From the NCBI GenBank assembly GCA_007376345.1, contig VMGA01000001.1, forward strand, positions 61,747 to 125,746: a stretch of DNA of 64,000 bases, in the 5' to 3' direction. Origin of the DNA: Microgenomates group bacterium Gr01-1014_16. Its GTDB lineage: Bacteria > Patescibacteriota > Microgenomatia > CAZETR01 > Amesbacteraceae. Positions within the stretch are counted from its first letter, which is position 1, and every line of letters begins with the position of its first letter. This document shows, piece after piece, positions 58,055 to 64,000 of this stretch. The translations under genes were made by a program, and so were the position numbers. The notes below the pieces were generated by a model. The model saw only the letters and a list, made by a program, of their open reading frames with translations, did no database searches and was not told the DNA's origin.

Positions 58055-58114
58055 TACCATACTACAGAGTATGGTAAATAATAAATTAATTCTAATACTA
58101 GGTAGTATTGTAAT
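58055..58114. promoter_or_regulatory. Palindromic element family, copies 5 (type B, 58055..58076) and 6 (type A, 58092..58114), between the DedA stop and the GT2 start at 58042.
   Basis: Type B is taccatact-acag-agtatggta. Type A is ctaatacta-gg-tagtattgtaat. On the minus strand type A gives TTACAA-17nt-ATTAAT, promoter-like, with the type-B palindrome sitting between that and the ATG. Confidence 0.5.
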
Positions 58115-58740
58115 TATTGTTTATTAGCTTTTATTAACTTTCTGAATAAGATGTACATTAACAAAAATATCGAACTAATTGAGAAAGTAAGAAGTATAAA
58201 CGAGAGGGGATTGGGTGCAAATCTAGATAGGTATGACAAGAGTAATGTACCGGGGATCGCGGCGATTGAAGATGTAATAATGTATGTGGAAAATTTCATT
58301 GAAGTAAATCCGGCGGCGTATGATACAAGATCATGAAAGTGACCCAAAAAGATTCTGAAACTTAGCAGCGAAAGTATTCCGTACTCTTTAGCGTATTCAT
58401 CAATTTTGTTTATTCCGGATTTACCAACAAGTTTTGCCACTAAAGACCGCCCCCAAATCCTGGCGATCCAGAAGTTGGTGAAGAAGCTTATATAAGCTGC
58501 TATTGTGGCATAAATAATGACATTTTGACCGAATAAAACGTGGCCAGCGAATAATGCTGGCATGCCGCTTAGGGGGGCAATTATATAAGAAGTGAGAGAA
58601 AGGAGAATGAATATTACCGGAGCCAGGACTCCAAACTGACTGATGAAAGCGCGGACGGTATCTTGGGAAATCGAAAGACTAACTGCGAAAAATATCAAAA
58701 AAATAAATCCTCCTATTATATAAGGCACGAATTTTTTCAT
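58114..58740 (-). CDS. DedA/TVP38/SNARE-associated family membrane protein.
   Basis: 208 aa, about 6 TM helices. FRIFLGHFHDLVSYAAGFT resembles the DedA re-entrant-loop signature region. Confidence 0.6.
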   Translation of the reverse strand: MKKFVPYIIGGFIFLIFFAVSLSISQDTVRAFISQFGVLAPVIFILLSLTSYIIAPLSGMPALFAGHVLFGQNVIIYATIAAYISFFTNFWIARIWGRSLVAKLVGKSGINKIDEYAKEYGILSLLSFRIFLGHFHDLVSYAAGFTSMKFSTYIITSSIAAIPGTLLLSYLSRFAPNPLSFILLTFSISSIFLLMYILFRKLIKANKQ

Positions 58741-59513
58741 AACATGCGACCGAGAGCCATTAAAGTTGGTATGAGATAGCCTGGGTGGTGAAAGATCCTA
58801 GATATTAGATGAGAGATGTGAGAGGGATAGTATTTTGAGTCGAGATTTTTCCAGTGACATAATAAATAATTACGGTCTTTGATTAATTGAAGTGACTTTT
58901 TAGAGTAAGTTGCATTGAAAGTGGATTCGGGTGCAGCATGGGTGACTTTGGCTTTGGGATCCCAGATGATTTCATATCCTCTGTTGCGTGCCCTCCAGCT
59001 AATGTCCAGGTCTTCATAATAACCCGGTGAAAATTTAGGATCAAAGCCTCCCAAGGCATCCCAGTAGGATTTACGAAATGCTGCACTTCCGCCTGAAGCC
59101 CAAAACGATGAATGGATTTTGTCATCTAATTTACCGTTTGAGAATTCCAAAAAACCGTTTTTGATCTTAGCGTCAGCCCAAGAGCGGCCTTGTTCGTTGA
59201 AGGTGACGGCAAAGACTTTGGGGTCTTTAAAATGAGGCAGGGTGTATTTGAGTAAGTCTTTGTCCGGCTTAACGTCCTGGTTTAACAAGATGACAATATC
59301 GCCGGAAGCGGCGGAGAAGCCGTCATTGACGGACGAGGGAAAGCCCAGGTTTTTGGGGTGACGGATGAGCTTCACACCTACGAGGCGTACAGGCTGGGTT
59401 GAGGCATCGTCGACAATGATTATTTCGTCGGCGCCCAAAGCTTGAACCGAGGGCAAGTTAGCATCCAGAAATTTTTGGCCGTTGAAGGCCGGAATAACGA
59501 CCGAAGTGGTCAT
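58737..59513 (-). CDS. GT2-family glycosyltransferase.
   Basis: TSVVIPAFNGQKFLDANLPSV...IIIVDDAST...ILLNQDV. Confidence 0.7.
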   Translation of the reverse strand: MTTSVVIPAFNGQKFLDANLPSVQALGADEIIIVDDASTQPVRLVGVKLIRHPKNLGFPSSVNDGFSAASGDIVILLNQDVKPDKDLLKYTLPHFKDPKVFAVTFNEQGRSWADAKIKNGFLEFSNGKLDDKIHSSFWASGGSAAFRKSYWDALGGFDPKFSPGYYEDLDISWRARNRGYEIIWDPKAKVTHAAPESTFNATYSKKSLQLIKDRNYLLCHWKNLDSKYYPSHISHLISRIFHHPGYLIPTLMALGRML

Positions 59514-59530
59514 TGATCCATTATACTTTA

Positions 59531-61027
59531 CTAGTTGCGGCGGGTACGATTCTGGACGGTAATTTCACCGAATTGTTTTTGATGGTTGAAAGTGGAGAAA
59601 TACTTTTCTTTGTCCAAAACTTTATCGATTATGTCTGTAGGAATCCCTTGGGGGGGCTCGATAATGACGAATACCTGGCGGGTGGACAAGGAAAGGGAAA
59701 GATTGTTTCCGGGTTGGTCAATTTGATTTTCGCCATGCCAATACGGCAAATAACCGTATTTGGATTTACCGTACCAGTTGAATAAATACGACCAGGTGGT
59801 ATTGATGTAGAGCGGTGAGGTAACGGAGTTAAAAGTAAAAGGCTCTCCTTTGGCTTCGGTGTACATAAAATCAATGGCGTCCAGCTCGTGGCGCAGGGTC
59901 ATGGTTTTTTGGATGGCAAATTCAGTCAGACCTTGGGAATTTTGTTTTTTGATATACGTTAGGTTGGATAAAACTATGAGAAAAATCAGAATAGCTTTTA
60001 GACTCTGTGACTTGACCCGGGAAATAAAATAGACAACAAATATAATTACCAGTAACCCTAATCCGGCATGGATGTAGGGAGTGCTGATGCCCCCGACTAT
60101 TAATGCTGGAGCAAAAGATATTAAACCAAATGAAAAGATTGCCCACCAATCCGCACGTGGTTTGGTAAAGATATAAGCGGCAATGAAGCCTATCATGGCA
60201 ATAGTGGGGTGTGTGGGAAAAGAGTTGAGGCTGATGAGACGTTTGAATTGAAATAAAGCTGAATCAAAAATTGTTAAATAATTTACGTTAAGTCGGGAAT
60301 AAGTTGAATGATTGAATATTAAGTTGGCTGGGCCGTTTCGGCTGGGAAAGCCAAACTTTATTTCTGAAACTAACATCGACGAGGTTGTAACTGTAACTGT
60401 AAACAGTAACAGGAAAAATATTTTTCCGGATAGATTCAGTTTTTTAAGCAAAATTAGAACAAAGATGACGAGGGAGTGATAGATAAAAATAAAATTTGAT
60501 TGGAAACTAAGACCTAAACCAATACCAGCAAGCAGAACACCGTGGGGTTTGCGATTTTGCCATTGCCAAAGGCCGAAATATAAAACCGGGACAAAGAGGA
60601 CGGCTAAGGCTGGATTGGATAAATAGATGGCGTATTGAGTTTGTTCGTAAGAGACGGCAGTTAGGAGCGAGGTTAACGTGGCTAGCGGCTTAGACTTGAA
60701 AAGCCGGAGGCCGATAAAATACGCCAGAAATATGGCGAATGAATTAATAAAAGACAGCCAAACAGCAGCGATTATTGGACTCCCCCGCCCCAGCCAATAA
60801 CCCGGAGCAGAGACATAGTAATATAGAACGCCGTGGAAAAAATCCCGGGTGGAAGTGGGTGGACCCTGGATTTTGATATCGCCGTGGAGAAGCTCTTGAA
60901 TGGTGTATGCGTCGCGAGCCTGATCGTAACTAAACATTAAATTTCCCTGCGGCAAATACCGGATTCTGATAAAAAAACCCAAAATAAAGATGACAAAAAC
61001 CAGCCAATGTTTCCTAAGAACGTTCAT
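59531..61027 (-). CDS. GT-C-fold polytopic membrane glycosyltransferase (distant ArnT/PMT-like).
   Basis: 498 aa, at least 11 TM helices. The first loop NLMFSYDQARDAYTIQELLHG carries an acidic D/E motif in the position of the PMT/ArnT DE loop. Confidence 0.5.
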   Translation of the reverse strand: MNVLRKHWLVFVIFILGFFIRIRYLPQGNLMFSYDQARDAYTIQELLHGDIKIQGPPTSTRDFFHGVLYYYVSAPGYWLGRGSPIIAAVWLSFINSFAIFLAYFIGLRLFKSKPLATLTSLLTAVSYEQTQYAIYLSNPALAVLFVPVLYFGLWQWQNRKPHGVLLAGIGLGLSFQSNFIFIYHSLVIFVLILLKKLNLSGKIFFLLLFTVTVTTSSMLVSEIKFGFPSRNGPANLIFNHSTYSRLNVNYLTIFDSALFQFKRLISLNSFPTHPTIAMIGFIAAYIFTKPRADWWAIFSFGLISFAPALIVGGISTPYIHAGLGLLVIIFVVYFISRVKSQSLKAILIFLIVLSNLTYIKKQNSQGLTEFAIQKTMTLRHELDAIDFMYTEAKGEPFTFNSVTSPLYINTTWSYLFNWYGKSKYGYLPYWHGENQIDQPGNNLSLSLSTRQVFVIIEPPQGIPTDIIDKVLDKEKYFSTFNHQKQFGEITVQNRTRRN

Positions 61028-62168
61028 GGGAAAGAAGCATCATTAACCCTAAACTGGTGCCGGCCAAAGCGGCTCTGACAAGTGAAACGTTGGCATCGGT
61101 TAACCAACCGCGGAGAGATAAATTTAGGCCAAACAGGCCGAAGTTGAGAGATGAGTCGAATGAAAAAATGATGAGTAGGTGACAAAGTAACAGAGTGACA
61201 AGAAGGGGCGGGGATTTGCGGACGTGGATAAAAGTAAGAATTAAAAACGGCGTGATCCAGGTAAACCACTGGGGATGAAAATGGGTAAGAGAATAAAAGA
61301 GCAAAAGAACAGACATGGGCCAAGCCCAATCGGGAAGAAGTTTCGGACGGAAATAATTGAGCCAAAATAGCAGGACGAGGCCGACGAAGAAGAGAGGTAA
61401 GTATTGGGATCCGGAAACGGCGATTTTGGCGTAGGAAATTTTGTCGGTTTGGCTAGCAAGTAACGCGTATTGTCTGAATCCAATTGACGGTAAATAGGGC
61501 AAGATCAATAGTCCGTAAGTAAGTAGACCAGTAGTTATGTTTTTGAGTTTAGAACCGGGAATGAAAGGGAGGAAAAAAATGGGAAAAGGTTTGAACCCGG
61601 CGGCAATTCCTATAAAAACCGGCGCCAGTTGGGGTCGCAGCAAAGCAAGTAGTATAAACAGGGCAATAAAGATGTCGAATTGGGCCAACATATAGGCGCT
61701 GTAGAGAGTAAGGGGGTTAAAAATCCATAGAATTGATCCGAGAAAACGGTGCTTTGGCTCCAAAAGACGATAGATAACTAAAAGGCCAACGAAGTCGGCT
61801 ACTAAATAGGGAAACTTGAGGAGAAACAGGAGCCAGGACAGTTGGGGATGGCCGGCAGTTTGCCCGATGTCGAGAATAAGAGTGTGAAAAAGTTGTTGGG
61901 GATAAACGGGGTAGAGAAAAAAATTAAATATGGCGTGGGTCAAGTAGGCTAAAGGGGGATAGGCAAATATGTCGTCACGGTAAAGCACGACCCAAGGATC
62001 TGTACGGGGCTGTAACCGCAGGTAATCATATAAAGATAAGATTTGACCTTTCTGGGCGATAAGATAAGCGGCCAGGTTGTGGCCGCGGATATCCGGATGG
62101 ACGGTATACATCATCAAACCCAATCTAATTGCTAAACCGATGAGTAGCCAGGGAAGAAGTTTCTTCAT
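61014..62168 (-). CDS. GT-C-fold membrane glycosyltransferase, DUF2029/GT87-like.
   Basis: YPPLAYLTHAIF and IGIAAGFKPFPIFFLPF resemble DUF2029-type mannosyltransferase motifs. About 10 TM helices. Confidence 0.5.
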   Translation of the reverse strand: MKKLLPWLLIGLAIRLGLMMYTVHPDIRGHNLAAYLIAQKGQILSLYDYLRLQPRTDPWVVLYRDDIFAYPPLAYLTHAIFNFFLYPVYPQQLFHTLILDIGQTAGHPQLSWLLFLLKFPYLVADFVGLLVIYRLLEPKHRFLGSILWIFNPLTLYSAYMLAQFDIFIALFILLALLRPQLAPVFIGIAAGFKPFPIFFLPFIPGSKLKNITTGLLTYGLLILPYLPSIGFRQYALLASQTDKISYAKIAVSGSQYLPLFFVGLVLLFWLNYFRPKLLPDWAWPMSVLLLFYSLTHFHPQWFTWITPFLILTFIHVRKSPPLLVTLLLCHLLIIFSFDSSLNFGLFGLNLSLRGWLTDANVSLVRAALAGTSLGLMMLLSHERS

Positions 62169-63211
62169 ATCAGCATTAAGAACCTGCGGTTAAATTCGCT
62201 TATGTCAAATATTTTACTCTTGGTAATGGCCGCACTGGAAATAGTTGTTAGTTGTTGGCCCTGCCTGCCGGCAGGCAGGTTGTCAGTTGTTAGTTCTATT
62301 GTAATTTTTTCTAGTTCTTCCGGAGAATTCCACAAATACCCATTGGTTTTGTCATCTACAATCTCTTTGTGGCCGCCGAGATTAGTGATAATGGGCACTG
62401 CTCCGGCGGACATGGCTTCGACAACAGTAATTCCGAAGTGTTCGGTTTGAATCGCTTTGTCCGCTGAATAACCGCTGGCTGACCAAAATATTTTTCCTAT
62501 GGCGCACAAATTCTGTATTTGGGAAAAAGAGGGATTGATAACAAACTCGATATTTGATCCGTCTGAAAGTTTTTTGAGATGTTGTATATCCTTTTCCGTC
62601 GATCCCACGCCCATGCCCCCGGCTAAAATTAATTTCCAGCCTTTTAATTTAAGTTTTTTGAATGACTTAATTAGTTGGTCGTGCCCTTTCCGCTGAGTGA
62701 GATTAGAAAATCGTCCAATGTAGAAAATCAGGTTTTCTTTTTTTCCTGCCGTAAATTTTGATGTATCAATAGGGGGATAAATTACGGAACTGTTTATATT
62801 GAATTCTTTGTCGACAGTTTTTTTTGTAAATTCTGAATTGGAAACAAATTTATAAAACCTGGATTTAATAAAGTTTAAAGTTGATCTTCCTCCGATGTCT
62901 TTAAATGGCATTTGGAAATGAACTATCGTGTTGCGAGCGAAAGATGTGGGAAGGGAACCGTCGGAAAGCCAAAAGATGAGTTGATAGTTGTGGGTTGTGA
63001 GCTGTGGGACATAATTTGCGAGGGAAATATCAATTCCGAAGCGGTCGAGGATTTGAGAAGAAATGTTTTTGGGCCAAGTGATATCTACCTGCCACCCCTC
63101 ATCAAGCAAAAGCTTAACAAATGAGGCGGTATAGCGCTCCCCTCCTCCCAACGAGTCCCAATATGGATTATGAATTCCTGCCCGCCTACCGGCGGGTAAA
63201 CCCTTTTTCAT
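62165..63211 (-). CDS. GT4-family glycosyltransferase.
   Basis: The N-terminal stretch IHNPYWDSLGGGERY is a GGxER-like motif. The C-terminus contains GITVVEAMSAGAVPIITNLGGHKEIV. Contains two GC-rich palindromes that both encode LPAGR. Confidence 0.7.
   Translation of the reverse strand: MKKGLPAGRRAGIHNPYWDSLGGGERYTASFVKLLLDEGWQVDITWPKNISSQILDRFGIDISLANYVPQLTTHNYQLIFWLSDGSLPTSFARNTIVHFQMPFKDIGGRSTLNFIKSRFYKFVSNSEFTKKTVDKEFNINSSVIYPPIDTSKFTAGKKENLIFYIGRFSNLTQRKGHDQLIKSFKKLKLKGWKLILAGGMGVGSTEKDIQHLKKLSDGSNIEFVINPSFSQIQNLCAIGKIFWSASGYSADKAIQTEHFGITVVEAMSAGAVPIITNLGGHKEIVDDKTNGYLWNSPEELEKITIELTTDNLPAGRQGQQLTTISSAAITKSKIFDISEFNRRFLMLI
62260..62279. repeat. Perfect 20-bp GC-rich palindrome, cctgcctgccggcaggcagg, inside the GT4 coding sequence.
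   Basis: Read directly. The sequence is its own reverse complement, in an otherwise AT-rich gene. A related GC-rich dyad, cccgcc-tacc-ggcggg, sits at about 63181..63196. Confidence 0.8.
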
Positions 63212-63938
63212 GCTGCATTTCCCATAAACGCGCGTAAATAACGAACATGTTGAAGATTTGGAATATACCGTCGATCACACCCCTCGGGCCGTCGCGCCAA
63301 GCTTGAAGTTTGACAAAGCGCAGCCAGAATTCGGTGGCCATGACGCGAAGAAATCTCCACCAAACAATTGGTGGATGATTGACTTCTACTCTTAACTTGG
63401 CTTCGTATTCAATAAAATCCAACGTCTTTTCCAGCATGGATGAGAGATCACGATGAGAATGGTGAATTAGTTCATGGTTCATGGTTCGTAGTTGCCCGTC
63501 AAAAATAGGTTGCTCATGAAGCTCGCCTTGATATTCTTTAAGAAACTTTTTGTAAAAAAGTCTGATAACTTTGTCGTTACCCCAGCCGCCGAAACGCATT
63601 TCCTTGCCTAAATAAATATTTTTTCTAGGAATCTGATAAACGCCGGGCACGGTGGTATTTTTTATTTCTAACCGCAGTTGTGGAGATACACGTTCGTCGG
63701 CATCGACATATAAAATCCAGTCACCTGTGGCGGCTTTGAGGCCCGCATTGCGAAATTCGGAGTAATTTGTGCTTTTAGTTTTGATTATTTTGGCGCCAAA
63801 CGACTTGGCAATTTCATTAGTTTTATCGGTATTACCCGAATCAACCACAATAATTTCATCCGCTAGGTCCTTCACGGAAATTAAACAATCCCCAATCATT
63901 TCTTCTTCATTTTTGGTAATAATAATGACGCTAAGCAT
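63186..63938 (-). CDS. GT2-family glycosyltransferase, a paralog of the gene at 39215..39991.
   Basis: LSVIIITKNEEEMIGDCLISV...IIVVDSGNTDKTNEIAKSFGAKII...LYVDADE. Confidence 0.7.
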   Translation of the reverse strand: MLSVIIITKNEEEMIGDCLISVKDLADEIIVVDSGNTDKTNEIAKSFGAKIIKTKSTNYSEFRNAGLKAATGDWILYVDADERVSPQLRLEIKNTTVPGVYQIPRKNIYLGKEMRFGGWGNDKVIRLFYKKFLKEYQGELHEQPIFDGQLRTMNHELIHHSHRDLSSMLEKTLDFIEYEAKLRVEVNHPPIVWWRFLRVMATEFWLRFVKLQAWRDGPRGVIDGIFQIFNMFVIYARLWEMQHEKGFTRR

Positions 63939-64000
63939 ATGAGCCCTTGCCGAAGTTCATGAGATAAAAGTCCAGGACTCCGCGGCGCTGCCAGGGGCGG

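Overview
The whole 64-kb window is a single, densely packed cell-envelope glycosylation super-locus from an AT-rich (roughly 40% GC) bacterium with a compact genome. No rRNA, tRNA, CRISPR array, transposase or integrase is evident. About 60 genes are present, many with 4-nt ATGA-type overlaps.

Main gene classes:
- Roughly 14 GT2, 6 GT4 and 1 GT9 glycosyltransferases.
- About 13 polytopic membrane proteins, most of which look like GT-C-fold glycosyltransferases. Five of these are PMT/ArnT-like (COG1807) paralogs arranged in two tandem blocks.
- Lipid-carrier machinery: a GtrB/ArnC/DPM1-like polyprenyl-phosphate sugar synthase, a GtrA-family protein and a DedA-family protein.
- Nucleotide-sugar biosynthesis: the ADP-heptose route (gmhA; HldE/RfaE kinase and adenylyltransferase domains as separate divergent genes), the GDP-fucose route (gmd plus two fcl-like genes), a GDP-mannose-3,5-epimerase-like enzyme, an RmlD-like reductase, a DegT aminotransferase, a sugar-1-phosphate nucleotidyltransferase and several SDR epimerases.
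- Tailoring enzymes: two FkbM and two class-I methyltransferases (one fused to a GT2 domain), an AsnB-type amidotransferase and a radical-SAM protein.
- Accessory genes: a NUDIX hydrolase, a ribokinase-like kinase and a split PEP-utilising phosphotransferase.

The most interesting candidate system is a multi-paralog GtrA/GtrB/GtrC-like extracytoplasmic glycosylation system, built from the PMT/ArnT-like array plus the lipid-carrier genes. A Candidate-Phyla-Radiation or similar uncultivated origin is plausible but is inference only.

Two further features are not explained by the gene calls:
- A family of near-perfect palindromic elements (consensus roughly cMATACTAC-MK-AGTATKG, about 18-30 bp) recurs at four gene-start junctions between 40 and 58 kb.
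- Short heptanucleotide tandem repeats sit inside the coding sequences of a GT4 and two PMT-like paralogs.

All calls are from reading translations and motifs by eye. No database searches were run.
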